DNA of 64,000 bases from an uncultured delta proteobacterium (lineage in GTDB: Bacteria; Desulfobacterota; Desulfuromonadia; Geobacterales; DSM-12255). The position numbers and the translations under genes are program-made. The stretch covers positions 541,493 to 605,492 of the forward strand of contig CAWBBV010000007.1 of the NCBI GenBank assembly GCA_963787125.1. The letters are read 5' to 3'. Below the pieces are notes generated by a model. That model made no database searches and was not told the origin of the DNA. It worked only from the letters and a program-made list of their open reading frames with translations. Below are positions 16,906 to 26,758 of the stretch, piece by piece; positions within the stretch are counted from its first letter, which is position 1; each line of letters begins with the position of its first letter.

Positions 16906-19380
16906 TCAATGCATTTGCCTTTTAAATGCGGATATCCGGAGTTCTTCGCCTTTATTTGGGAATAATGCAGTTATCGTCCCGTCAAGATCTGTTCTGAAGA
17001 TGCTGATTCTTTTAATTGAAAGCTGCTGGAGGGTTTCTGCCGCAGGGAGCCCAAAAGAGTTGTTATAACCGGCCGAGATGACGGCTATTTTGGGCGAGAC
17101 AGCCGTAATGAACTCTTGGCTTGAGGAGTAACGACTGCCGTGATGAGGTACTTTGAGAAGGGTCGAGCTGAGAGAATCCCGGTTTTTCAGGAGTTTTAAT
17201 TCGGTAGTAAAACCGATATCTCCGGTGAAAAGGGCTGATAGTTTGCCGGAACTAAAGCGCAGCACAAGCGAGGTCTCATTCATGTCATTGTCGGCGGCTC
17301 CCTGATCTTCACCGGAAAACGGGTGGAGACAGCGGACGGTAACGCCGGAGATCTCCATGTCAGTGGCAGCGTTGGTGATTTTTTTTACCGGAATTTTCCG
17401 CTGTTCAAGTATTTTCATCAACTTGCGGTACTCTTCGCCGCTGTTTAGTCCGCTTTCCCAGAACTCGCCTATCGGCAGCTCTGCGGCGACAGCCACTACC
17501 CCCTGGAGATGATCAGGGTGAGAGTGGCTGAGAACAAGATAGTCGATTCTCTGCACCCCCAGCCTTTTTAAAGTCGGCAGCAGGAGCTGTTTGCCGATAT
17601 CCCAGCCACCTTCATGCAGCGCGCCGCCACCGTCAATCAACATCCTCCGCTTATCGGCAAAGGTAATGAGGGTGGACTCTCCCTGACCGACACTCAAAAA
17701 GTCCATCCGCAGCGCATAGTCATCATCGTTTGCCGGGGTCTGGTGGAGGCTAACAAGCAGCAGCGGGACAGATAAAATTGTGAGTGTTTTGCTCCGGTTA
17801 TTGCGGATGATCGTGATGAATAAAAGAGCAAGCAAGAAAATGATTATCTCAGCCGTTGTCGGAATATATAACGGGAGGGTCGGGATTTTATCAAGAAGCG
17901 CTATTGTCCGGTTTGAGGCAGTTGTGAGAAAACCGGCTGTTTTGAGGAGATAGCCGGCAATCACCGGCGACAGCCAGATGAAAGGGAGGGCGCTAAAGCC
18001 GGTCACAACCGCGCCGTAACCAAGGAGCGGCACAATGAAGAAATTACTGATGATGCCGGTAAGGGAAGATTGTTGAAAGTAGTAGGCAACCGGTAGGAGT
18101 GTAACTGTTACAGCTGCAATCGAGGCGCAGGTAAAAAGGCTGATGTTGTAACGCCAGCCACGGGCAGTTGTGGCAAAGCACCCTGCCAGTAGCGGCGTTA
18201 TCACGGTAATGCCCCATAAGGACAGAAAAGAGAGCTGGAAAGAGATGTCATACAGGTTTGCCGGGTTTATCAACAGCAGGGCAAAAGCAGCAAGTGCGAG
18301 GGAATTGACAGCATCTGTTTCCCGCTCCAGCATCAGCGCGATAGTCAGTAACCCAAGCATAAGCACTGACCTGGCCGTGGCCGGAGCAGCGCCGGAGAGA
18401 AACATGTAATAGATGATGAGCGGAATTGATGTGGCCTGGGCGAAGCGTCTGAAGTTAAGGTACAGCAGGGTGGCCGGAAAAATCCTTGATACGGCGAACC
18501 AAAGCTGAAAGAGCACTAAAGCTATTATCCCCACATGGAAACCGGAGATGGAGAGAATATGATTCACCCCCGTGCGGCTGTAGGCATCCTTGACTTCTTG
18601 CGGAATGTCCGCCATGTCACCTATCAGCAGGGCTTTCATCACGCCACCCTCAACACCGGGGAGCTCGGTCATGATAAATCTGCCGATTTTGGCTGCTGTC
18701 TGATCAAAGTGACGCTGAAATCCTGACTCCACCCCCTGTCTTACGAGCAGTATGTCGGCGTCGCTCTTCACAAAGGTGGTCGCGGCAATTCCTTTCAGGG
18801 CATAAAAGCGTTCCGCATCGAACTCGCCTGCAGTGCCGAAATTTCTGGGAGCTTTAAGTTTTCCTTGAAAGCGGATCCGGTCGCCACTGAAAAAAATGTT
18901 GCTGCTTATGCCTACTTTTAACAGCAGCAGCCCCTCAAGAGCTGGCCTCTCAATCCGCCGCCCTGCGGTAAAAATATGCTCCGGGCGCATGAGGATCTTG
19001 CAACCGCCATCCTTGACTTCCGGCCGTTTGACAATGACCCCCTCCAGAGTTAATGAGTCTTTTAGATGCTGCTCGATAGTCAGTTGATCCTGAGGGCTGG
19101 GTTTGAGTAGTGGCGTCAGCAGGAGGTTGCCGGTGACAAGGAGTGTCAGGCAGAGTGAGGCGACGAAGGGGGGCGATGAGCCGATAAAGAGGAGTGGCAC
19201 CGATAGCAGCAGCGAAAGCGGCAGCAGGTAGTCCGGCAGGAAGAGCCCAAAACTGCCTGCTACCGCTAGGCCGCAGATAAAGCAGCAGAGCGGCAGCAGT
19301 AGCGGCGGGAGCCTGAAGTGAGCAAGCAAGTTATTTTCTCTCTTTGAATTGTCCCTGCAGTGACTTGATGATAGCGTCAA
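16906..19380 (-). CDS. comEC: ComEC/Rec2 competence protein
   Basis: HILSISGFHV, SFQLSF, VGQGE, SHSHPDH metallo-beta-lactamase domain, KVPHHGS, RTDLDG; the true start is probably slightly downstream. Confidence 0.94.
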   Translation of the reverse strand: MTLSSSHCRDNSKRENNLLAHFRLPPLLLPLCCFICGLAVAGSFGLFLPDYLLPLSLLLSVPLLFIGSSPPFVASLCLTLLVTGNLLLTPLLKPSPQDQLTIEQHLKDSLTLEGVIVKRPEVKDGGCKILMRPEHIFTAGRRIERPALEGLLLLKVGISSNIFFSGDRIRFQGKLKAPRNFGTAGEFDAERFYALKGIAATTFVKSDADILLVRQGVESGFQRHFDQTAAKIGRFIMTELPGVEGGVMKALLIGDMADIPQEVKDAYSRTGVNHILSISGFHVGIIALVLFQLWFAVSRIFPATLLYLNFRRFAQATSIPLIIYYMFLSGAAPATARSVLMLGLLTIALMLERETDAVNSLALAAFALLLINPANLYDISFQLSFLSLWGITVITPLLAGCFATTARGWRYNISLFTCASIAAVTVTLLPVAYYFQQSSLTGIISNFFIVPLLGYGAVVTGFSALPFIWLSPVIAGYLLKTAGFLTTASNRTIALLDKIPTLPLYIPTTAEIIIFLLALLFITIIRNNRSKTLTILSVPLLLVSLHQTPANDDDYALRMDFLSVGQGESTLITFADKRRMLIDGGGALHEGGWDIGKQLLLPTLKRLGVQRIDYLVLSHSHPDHLQGVVAVAAELPIGEFWESGLNSGEEYRKLMKILEQRKIPVKKITNAATDMEISGVTVRCLHPFSGEDQGAADNDMNETSLVLRFSSGKLSALFTGDIGFTTELKLLKNRDSLSSTLLKVPHHGSRYSSSQEFITAVSPKIAVISAGYNNSFGLPAAETLQQLSIKRISIFRTDLDGTITALFPNKGEELRISAFKRQMH

Positions 19381-20488
19381 GCTCTGCGGCAGTAACCAAC
19401 GCGTTGCTTTTTAACTCTGATTTTGTGACAGTAGCATAATCTGCCGGAGAGGTAAGTTTTCTGGTCACTTCGATAAGATCGATTCCGCCTGTCGGCGGCA
19501 GTTGCAATTCCAGGGAGTGCAACCCTTTGGTCAGTCTGAATGTCCCCAGGTCAGCCCAGTCAAGCTGCGGTTTTAATGCTGCGGTTACTGTCTGTTTGCC
19601 GAATCCGGCGACTATCCGGGACCCCTCAGCTCTGACTCTGATCCTGTATACAGAAGTTGACTCAGCCTCAAGCGGTACAATAACTGTTCCTCCGGTCTGG
19701 AATGCTCTTACCCATTTTGCGGCTAAAGATTTACCGTGGACCTGGTTTTCGGTTATCTGCACTGTCTCAGGAAGCTTTGTGAGCGAAGCCGCTTCGATGC
19801 GCCAGCTTTTATAGCTTGGATCATCAGGAAGAAGCGGCTCAAGCCCAAACAGGGAGGCAATAACTTCATTCAGTGCGCCGGCTGCGAGTGGCGCTGCCGG
19901 ATTCCAGCCTGCAAGGGGTTCTAGCGGCGTGTAATTTGGGGCGGTGAAGGAGAAACAGTCGATTGCTCCGGCGGTCGGGATAATGGCGTTAAATTCGAGT
20001 TCACCAGCGGTTATGAAAAGCTGCCCGAGAGTGCTTTCCTTGAAATTTGCCCCGGAGTTCAGCTTGAACGCCCTACCGGCAATTGACCAGAGCTGGTCAT
20101 CCCCTCTGGAAACGACAGTGAGATTGTACTTTCCGGAAACAGGGATAAAAATCTTGAAATGCACTGCGACCGGACTGGTCGTGCCATGCAGCCAGCCTTT
20201 GCCTGAAAAAGCACCGAAGAGCGGGTAGTTGCGGATAGTCACCGGGTCGCTCTGTTTGTCAAAGGTATCTTCAGCCTCGAACTTGAATGTTCTGTTACCG
20301 CCCAGAATCTCGAAATAATCATTTTCAAGCGGTTTTTCAGGCAGACCTTCGCCAAAACCGAGGGCATCTATCAGTTTTTGTGCCAGATCCAGCTGTGTAA
20401 CCAGCTTTGGTGCCGGTTTATCGGCAGCTGTTGCTGTCGTCAATGAAAAGATTGATGCGGTCAGTATTAAAAAAAACAGCCTGAACAT
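19331..20488 (-). CDS. Exported hypothetical protein
   Basis: GGAGG then MFRLFFLIL signal peptide; two similar beta-rich halves. Confidence 0.75.
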   Translation of the reverse strand: MFRLFFLILTASIFSLTTATAADKPAPKLVTQLDLAQKLIDALGFGEGLPEKPLENDYFEILGGNRTFKFEAEDTFDKQSDPVTIRNYPLFGAFSGKGWLHGTTSPVAVHFKIFIPVSGKYNLTVVSRGDDQLWSIAGRAFKLNSGANFKESTLGQLFITAGELEFNAIIPTAGAIDCFSFTAPNYTPLEPLAGWNPAAPLAAGALNEVIASLFGLEPLLPDDPSYKSWRIEAASLTKLPETVQITENQVHGKSLAAKWVRAFQTGGTVIVPLEAESTSVYRIRVRAEGSRIVAGFGKQTVTAALKPQLDWADLGTFRLTKGLHSLELQLPPTGGIDLIEVTRKLTSPADYATVTKSELKSNALVTAAELDAIIKSLQGQFKERK

Positions 20489-20644
20489 CGTGGAACCTCC
20501 GTCAAAACTATTGCCTTGTTGGTAACTATAACATGCGATTGAAATGTTGGAAAGAATATGGGCGCGCAAAGAGGCTCTGGCAACGAAGATATTTCAGTGC
20601 TATACTGCCGCCCACTTGATTATTTTCAATTGGAGCGTTGCGAT

Positions 20645-21844
20645 ATGGCTTTTACCGGTGATCTGGAGCATCTGCCGATAGTAGATGTGATCCAGCTGAT
20701 GAACTCGACCAGAAAGTCTGGGGTGCTCTCCGTCAGAGGGCGCAAGGGTGAGAGCCAGCTTGTTTTCAAGGATGGCTATATTGTCAGCGCCAGCCATCTG
20801 AACAACAGCGTCAGGATCGGCCAGGTCCTGACTGATATGGGTCTGGTATCAGCTGGGCAACTTGAAGAGGGTCTGCGGAAACAGCAGCTGGACGGTGACA
20901 ACAGACGTCCGCTTGCTATTACGCTGATCGAAATGGCTGTTCTTTCGGAGGATAATGCTTACAAGGGTTTGCAGCATCTTATCGAGATGACCGTTGTCGA
21001 GATCCTTACCTGGAAAAGCGGCAGATTTACCCTCGAACATCTCAAGGATGTCGTTGCCTGCGATTTCAAGTATTACCCTCAAAAGATGAACCATGAAATA
21101 AATGTCAATACCCAGAGTATGTTGATGGATGCTCTGAGAATATTCGATGAGAGGAAGCGGGACGGGTTGATACAGGAGGAGCTGGATGAGCCTGCGGACG
21201 CCGAACTTATCGTTGACGAACTCATTTCTGTGGACGATCTTGGTCTTGAAGAAATGGATCACCTTAATGCTAGGCTGCCTGAAGCTTTTTCAGGTGTGGA
21301 GCTGTTTGATCCGGCCCTGTTTCAGCGGGGGAAAATAGCTGAACTGGCGCCGGATTTAACTGAAGACGACAGGGAAAAGCTTGTTTTAATGTTGGCAAAG
21401 TATACAAAAAAAAGGAAATCAGGGTTGGCTGCTAACGTTGATGGGCCTGGAGTAATAGTCTTCAGCCACGACAACCTTTTACTGCATGGGCTTGATACAA
21501 TTTTGACCGATGCCGGAGTCCTTCCTGTTGCTGTTTTGTCTGAAGAGGAGATGGAAAAGGCTTTGGCTTCCCCTGCCGGGAGAAAAATCAGCTGGTTGAT
21601 TGCTGATACGCAGATCAAAGGGAGCCAGTACGCCAAAACCAGGGAATTGAAAATTCTACAGCTTGCTCCTTCGAACGACAGCCGTTTTACCTTGAATGCC
21701 TACGGAGAGGGTGCTACGACTGTAATGCCTAAACCGGTGAAGGGGCAGGCGGCAGGTTTTATCGAAGAGTTGATCATGCTGCTGGAACTTCTGCCTGAAT
21801 ACCTCAGTGTAAATGGTAGGTTTGAAACAGCAGTTTTGCTGTAA
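20645..21844 (+). CDS. DUF4388-domain protein
   Basis: MAFTGDLEHLPIVDVIQL...RKSGVL...FKDGYIV...W-x2-GRF pattern; degenerate receiver-like C-terminus. Confidence 0.85.
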   Translation: MAFTGDLEHLPIVDVIQLMNSTRKSGVLSVRGRKGESQLVFKDGYIVSASHLNNSVRIGQVLTDMGLVSAGQLEEGLRKQQLDGDNRRPLAITLIEMAVLSEDNAYKGLQHLIEMTVVEILTWKSGRFTLEHLKDVVACDFKYYPQKMNHEINVNTQSMLMDALRIFDERKRDGLIQEELDEPADAELIVDELISVDDLGLEEMDHLNARLPEAFSGVELFDPALFQRGKIAELAPDLTEDDREKLVLMLAKYTKKRKSGLAANVDGPGVIVFSHDNLLLHGLDTILTDAGVLPVAVLSEEEMEKALASPAGRKISWLIADTQIKGSQYAKTRELKILQLAPSNDSRFTLNAYGEGATTVMPKPVKGQAAGFIEELIMLLELLPEYLSVNGRFETAVLL

Positions 21845-22565
21845 TCAGGAAAACAACTGCTATAAAGACCGGGCGGATGAACTTGGCCCCCCTCAAAATG
21901 ACGAGATTTGCCCCAATTTTTGCCCCGATGAACTGGGCGACCCCCATTAGTATCCCCTCTATAAAATGTACCTGACCAGCTGCCATGAAAATCACCAGGG
22001 CGACGATATTACTGGTGAAATTCATCACTTTGGTGTGTGCAGTCGCCTTTACCAGTGAGCAGCCGAGCAACAGCACGAAAGCCATTGCCCAGAATGAGCC
22101 GGTTCCGGGCCCGAAAAAACCGTCATAAAAACCGATTGAGAGTCCGAACAGCGGGTAGAAAATCTTTGGGGAGAGGCGGGCGTGGATGTCCTCTGCCCCC
22201 ATTTTCGGAGTAAAAAGGGTGTAGGCGGCAATTATTATCAAAAGCCAGGGAACAAGCTGTTTCAGGATTGCCGGATCGAGCTTCTGGATAGCCAGTACTC
22301 CGATTGCCGCGCCTACTGCTGTCCAGAGGATGCCGCTGATGCAATCAGACAGTTTGACCGTGCCGCTTCTGACAAAGTGAAGCATGGCGCTGCCTGAGCC
22401 AAAGGATGCCTGGAGTTTGTTCGTGCCGAGGGCAACCTGAGGTGGGAGACCGATCCCCATGAGGACCGGGACGGTTATGAGCCCGCCACCACCGGCGACA
22501 GCGTCAATCAGGCCGGCAAAGAAGGCTGCCGCGATGAGCAGCAGCAGGGTAAGCGGATCAGGCAT
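21804..22565 (-). CDS. TSUP (TauE/SafE) family membrane protein
   Basis: AGLIDAVAGGGGLI, ALGTNK, GFYDGFFGPGTGSF. Confidence 0.93.
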   Translation of the reverse strand: MPDPLTLLLLIAAAFFAGLIDAVAGGGGLITVPVLMGIGLPPQVALGTNKLQASFGSGSAMLHFVRSGTVKLSDCISGILWTAVGAAIGVLAIQKLDPAILKQLVPWLLIIIAAYTLFTPKMGAEDIHARLSPKIFYPLFGLSIGFYDGFFGPGTGSFWAMAFVLLLGCSLVKATAHTKVMNFTSNIVALVIFMAAGQVHFIEGILMGVAQFIGAKIGANLVILRGAKFIRPVFIAVVFLITAKLLFQTYHLH

Positions 22566-23267
22566 CTAGATGGCTTTGCGCCAGGAGAGTTTTTTCTCCA
22601 AAGTTCTGGAGAGAGAGGTGAAGGCGAAGCAGATGATGAAGTAGACAACGGCGATGAAGAAGAATATTTCAGTCGGGAAAGCCATGGTGCGATTGTTTAT
22701 CTGGGTCGCCACATGTGTCAGTTCGGAAACTCCGACAATAAAGGCAAGCGAAGTATCCTTAATCAGGGAGACAAACTGATTCACAAAAGATGGGATCATA
22801 TTACGCAGACCTTGCGGTAAAATGATATATACCATTGCCTGCCAGTGTTTGAGGCCAGTGGAGATAGCTGCTTCCATCTGTCCCTTCGGTATTCCTTCAA
22901 TGCCGGCACGAACGATTTGCGACATATAGGCGGAGGTGAAGAAAGTTAACGCCAGGATGACGGTTCTTGTCTCAGTGATGGTTTTACCGAAGATTGCCGG
23001 CAGCAGGAAATACATCCAGAAGATGACCATGAGGAGCGGTACGCCACGGATGGTATTGATGACGAGCATGGATGGCCAACTTACCCACCTTTTTCTGGAG
23101 ACACTCAAGAGGCCAAGGATAAGTCCGCCGAAAAAGGAGAGGATGCAGGAAGCTGTCGCCAGATAAAGCGTCAGTCCTACGCCACCGAGCGGTCCTTCTG
23201 GCCAGCGACCGACCATGAAGTAGATGATGTTGTCTGAAATTACCTGAAAACCGGAGAAAATTGACAT
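22566..23267 (-). CDS. Polar amino acid ABC transporter permease
   Basis: RGVPLL, IPKGQMEAA (EAA loop), ILPQ, IKDTSL. Confidence 0.95.
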   Translation of the reverse strand: MSIFSGFQVISDNIIYFMVGRWPEGPLGGVGLTLYLATASCILSFFGGLILGLLSVSRKRWVSWPSMLVINTIRGVPLLMVIFWMYFLLPAIFGKTITETRTVILALTFFTSAYMSQIVRAGIEGIPKGQMEAAISTGLKHWQAMVYIILPQGLRNMIPSFVNQFVSLIKDTSLAFIVGVSELTHVATQINNRTMAFPTEIFFFIAVVYFIICFAFTSLSRTLEKKLSWRKAI

Positions 23268-23268
23268 T

Positions 23269-23976
23269 CTAAGCCCCCTTGTGTATCTGGAGGACCCGGG
23301 CATTATACTGGTCCACAAGAAGGGTTATTACTACTGAAATTGCCAGGTACACGACAGTTGCGGCCGTGAAGGCTTCAAAGCCTTTAAAAGTATAGCTTTC
23401 AACCTGCCGCGCCTGATAGGTAAGCTCCATGACGCCGATAGTCATGGCAAGCGAAGAATTCTTGGCCAGGTTTAGGAACTGGTTGACCAGAGGAGGAATG
23501 GTTATCCGCACCGCCTGGGGCAGAATGATGTACTGCATGGAGCGGAGGTAGGAAAACCCGCTGCTCATGGAAGCTTCCATCTGCTCCTTCGGAATGGAGA
23601 GCACGCCGGAGCGGATATCCTCGGCGATGAATGCTGAAGTATAAATGGTCAGGGCGATTAGTCCTGCGGCGAATTCGAAACCGGTGTTATTGAGCCATTC
23701 GTTGACCGCTGTCGGCAGGAGTTTGTAGGAACCGAAATACCAGAAAAAAATCTGTACCAGCAGCGGTGTATTTCTGGTGAACTCGAGAAAGACGCAGGCA
23801 CTCCAGCGAAAAAGTTTCAGGTGACTCATTCGCATGACAGCGACAATCAGCCCCAGTAAAAAAGATAAGATTATACCGGCAAATGACAATTTGAGCGTCA
23901 CAATCAGCCCGGAAACGAGCCAATCGTGATACTGCCCTGAGGTGACTACTGACCAGTCGAATTTGTATGAGAGCAC
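23269..23976 (-). CDS. Polar amino acid ABC transporter permease
   Basis: RNTPLLVQIFF, IPKEQMEAS, KNSSL. Confidence 0.95.
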   Translation of the reverse strand: MLSYKFDWSVVTSGQYHDWLVSGLIVTLKLSFAGIILSFLLGLIVAVMRMSHLKLFRWSACVFLEFTRNTPLLVQIFFWYFGSYKLLPTAVNEWLNNTGFEFAAGLIALTIYTSAFIAEDIRSGVLSIPKEQMEASMSSGFSYLRSMQYIILPQAVRITIPPLVNQFLNLAKNSSLAMTIGVMELTYQARQVESYTFKGFEAFTAATVVYLAISVVITLLVDQYNARVLQIHKGA

Positions 23977-23993
23977 AGGGAGAACCTTTTTAG

Positions 23994-24062
23994 AGTAGTC
24001 AGGAGGCAGTATTCAGGAGGCAGCAAAACAGCTTTTATACTGGATACTGCCCCCTGACTACT
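23994..24062. repeat. Heptamer-periodic inverted repeat
   Basis: AGTAGTC-AGGAGGC-AGTATTC-AG pairs with CTGGATACTGCCCCCTGACTACT (23-bp arms, 2 mismatches). Confidence 0.75.
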
Positions 24063-24080
24063 GACAACTTGATGCCGGTT

Positions 24081-24908
24081 TTACTTTTCGGCAGTTATTT
24101 TAAATGTTCGTTTTAGGGGTGTTTCAGATTTAGGTCCAAACCATTTGTCAAAAATCTTCTTTGCTTCGCCGGTTTTTTCCATTTCGAGGATAGTCTTGTT
24201 GACGAAATCAACAAAATTCTTGTCACCTTTTCTCATCCCGAGACCATATGGTTCATCAGAAATCTGAATATTAGGTATTTCATATTTGCCCTTCAGATTT
24301 TTTGGCGTTTTGGCTATCAAGCCGGCAAGAATAGCTTCATCAGTGGTTACGGCTTGAACTTTACCCTGCTGAAGTGCCAGGTAGGCTTGCGGGTAGTCAT
24401 CAAAGGAAAGAACTGTTGCAGTCGGGAGTGCCTTGGCAACGTTTTTCTCTGAAGTAGATCCTTTTGTCGTGCCGATTCTTTTACCTTCAAGGTCTTTTAG
24501 TGATTTAACTGTTCCCTTTTTGGTGATGAACTTTTGGCCGGTGAAGAAGTAGGTATGGCTAAAATCTATTTGCATCGCCCGCTCAGGATTCATGGTCATG
24601 GTTGCAGCGATAATGTCAATGTTTCCTTCCTGAAGCTGCGGCATTCTGGTAGCAGATGTGACAGGTTTAAGTTCGACTTTTACGCCGAGTTTCTTGGCGA
24701 TAGCGTTGACGAAGTCTATGTCATATCCAATGATAGTTCTGGTTTTCTCGTCAATATAGCCGAACGGCGAGAGCGAATCTTTCACACCGGCAACCAGGAC
24801 CCCTTTTTTCTTCACTTCGGCCAGGGTGTCTGCCGGTGGTGCTGCAAAGCTTTTTGCCGCCATTGTTACAGCTGCTGTCATCATAACGAGTGCCACGAGT
24901 TTTTTCAT
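24081..24908 (-). CDS. Amino acid ABC transporter periplasmic binding protein (family 3)
   Basis: Signal peptide, GYDID, RMPQLQEGNID, IDFS, EPYGLG. Confidence 0.95.
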   Translation of the reverse strand: MKKLVALVMMTAAVTMAAKSFAAPPADTLAEVKKKGVLVAGVKDSLSPFGYIDEKTRTIIGYDIDFVNAIAKKLGVKVELKPVTSATRMPQLQEGNIDIIAATMTMNPERAMQIDFSHTYFFTGQKFITKKGTVKSLKDLEGKRIGTTKGSTSEKNVAKALPTATVLSFDDYPQAYLALQQGKVQAVTTDEAILAGLIAKTPKNLKGKYEIPNIQISDEPYGLGMRKGDKNFVDFVNKTILEMEKTGEAKKIFDKWFGPKSETPLKRTFKITAEK

Positions 24909-24967
24909 TTTTCTTACCTCCAGTGAAAGTGAACAGGTGAGCAGATTGCCCACCATGTTAAAAACCG

Positions 24968-25717
24968 TTAGCTGCAGAGAGCTCCGTGCATCGGTGTCAG
25001 AAGCTGGTTCAGGAACTGTTTGGCGCGATCATGCTTGGGATTGCAAAAGAAATCTTCCGGCGGCGCTTCTTCGATGATAGTGCCGGCATCCATGAAAACG
25101 ACTCTATGAGCCACTTCCCGGGCAAAGCCCATTTCGTGGGTAACCACAACCATTGTCATGCCGCTTTTGGCGAGATCCTGCATAACTGCGAGAACTTCGC
25201 CAATCATTTCCGGGTCAAGCGCAGAAGTCGGCTCGTCAAAAAGCATAATGCGAGGCTTCATGGCAAGCCCCCGTGCTATGGCAACCCGCTGCTGCTGGCC
25301 GCCTGACAGCTGCGCCGGGTAGGCGTCACGTTTTTCCGCGAGTCCGACCCGGGTAAGGAGCTGCATTGCCTGCTCTTCAGCATCCTTTTTCGACAAGTTG
25401 CGCAATTTTATCGGTGCAAGGGTGATATTGCTGATTACCGAGAGATGGGGATAGAGGTTGAACTGCTGGAAGACAAAGCCGATCTCTGCCCGGAGTTTGT
25501 TAATGTCGGTACTTTTATCAGAAAGGTTTTTACCGTCAACTATGAGAGTTCCCTTGTCAATCGGCTCCAGCTGGTTGATTGTCCTGATCAGGGTCGATTT
25601 GCCCGAACCTGACGGGCCGCAGACGACGACAACTTCACCCTGCTTGACATGGAGGTTAATGTTGTTGAGTACATGGAGGGTAGTGAACCACTTGTCTACG
25701 TTGGTGAAATGAATCAT
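24968..25717 (-). CDS. Amino acid ABC transporter ATP-binding protein (GlnQ-like)
   Basis: [39 protein letters not shown]. Confidence 0.96.
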   Translation of the reverse strand: MIHFTNVDKWFTTLHVLNNINLHVKQGEVVVVCGPSGSGKSTLIRTINQLEPIDKGTLIVDGKNLSDKSTDINKLRAEIGFVFQQFNLYPHLSVISNITLAPIKLRNLSKKDAEEQAMQLLTRVGLAEKRDAYPAQLSGGQQQRVAIARGLAMKPRIMLFDEPTSALDPEMIGEVLAVMQDLAKSGMTMVVVTHEMGFAREVAHRVVFMDAGTIIEEAPPEDFFCNPKHDRAKQFLNQLLTPMHGALCS

Positions 25718-25871
25718 TGCGGCTCCCGAAGCTGTCGATGCAAATTATTATGGTAACCTTACATATGTTTTATACACTAAAACATGTTGTCTGAAAAGAA
25801 AACTGAAAAAAGTAATTCATGGACAGTCATACCGGCATCGGCTAATATTTCAAATCTCTCGTTGGTTATCA

Positions 25872-26732
25872 ATGGATTATTTAATGGAAAAAGTAACATT
25901 GCCTGCGAAAGGGCAGCTGTATTCCCCCTGTGACGCAGAAATCATCTCTGTAATTGACCTTACCCCTGACGAAAAACTTTTTTCGCTGAGGATGATAGAT
26001 GGTACGGAGTTGAAGCATCTCCCCGGCCAGTTTGTCCAAATCTCCATTCCCGGCTTCACCGAAGCCCCTATCTCAGTCGCATCCTCTCCCACCCGTAAAG
26101 GTTGTTTTGATCTGGCGATCCGCCGGGCCGGAACCTTGACTGCCGAAATGCATCGAAAGGTTCCGGGCAACGCTGTCGGCATCAGAGGGCCATTTGGCTC
26201 CTCCTTCCCTGTTGACGAGCTGGCCGGGATGGATCTGTTGCTTGTCTCCGGTGGCTGCGGCCTGGCACCGATGCGCTCCCTGATTCAGTACTGCGCCGAT
26301 CATCCGGAGAAGTTCGGCAAAGTGCAAATCCTCTATGGCGCGAGGAGCACTGATCATCTCCTTTTTAAGGGGGATCTGGCAGAATGGAGCGCCTCCCCCG
26401 GGTTTTCATGCGGCATCACCGTTGACAGCGCCCCGTCTTCTGCCTGTTATGAGGGGGCGACAGGTTTTGTCCAGACCCTGATCCCGCCCCTTGAGATCGA
26501 TCCAGGGCGAACAGCGGCGGCTGTTGTCGGCCCGCCCGTCATGTACCGTGGAGTTATTGATGCGCTATTGGCAAAGGGTGTAGCTGCCGAGCGGGTCTAC
26601 ATCTCCCTTGAGCGGAACATGCGCTGCGGAGTGGGTAAATGCGGCCACTGCGCCATCGACCATCTCTACTGCTGCACTGATGGACCGGTTTTCCGCTTGG
26701 ATCGGGTGATAGGTTTGCAGGGGGCGATATGA
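25872..26732 (+). CDS. FAD/NAD(P)-binding [2Fe-2S] subunit (AsrB / sulfhydrogenase gamma / FlxA-like)
   Basis: PGQFVQ, IRGPFG, GGCGLAP, GPPVM, ERNMRCGVGKCGHC...CTDGPVF. Confidence 0.9.
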   Translation: MDYLMEKVTLPAKGQLYSPCDAEIISVIDLTPDEKLFSLRMIDGTELKHLPGQFVQISIPGFTEAPISVASSPTRKGCFDLAIRRAGTLTAEMHRKVPGNAVGIRGPFGSSFPVDELAGMDLLLVSGGCGLAPMRSLIQYCADHPEKFGKVQILYGARSTDHLLFKGDLAEWSASPGFSCGITVDSAPSSACYEGATGFVQTLIPPLEIDPGRTAAAVVGPPVMYRGVIDALLAKGVAAERVYISLERNMRCGVGKCGHCAIDHLYCCTDGPVFRLDRVIGLQGAI

Positions 26733-26758
26733 AAGGGGGGGCAGGTGACGCAAGCGAG

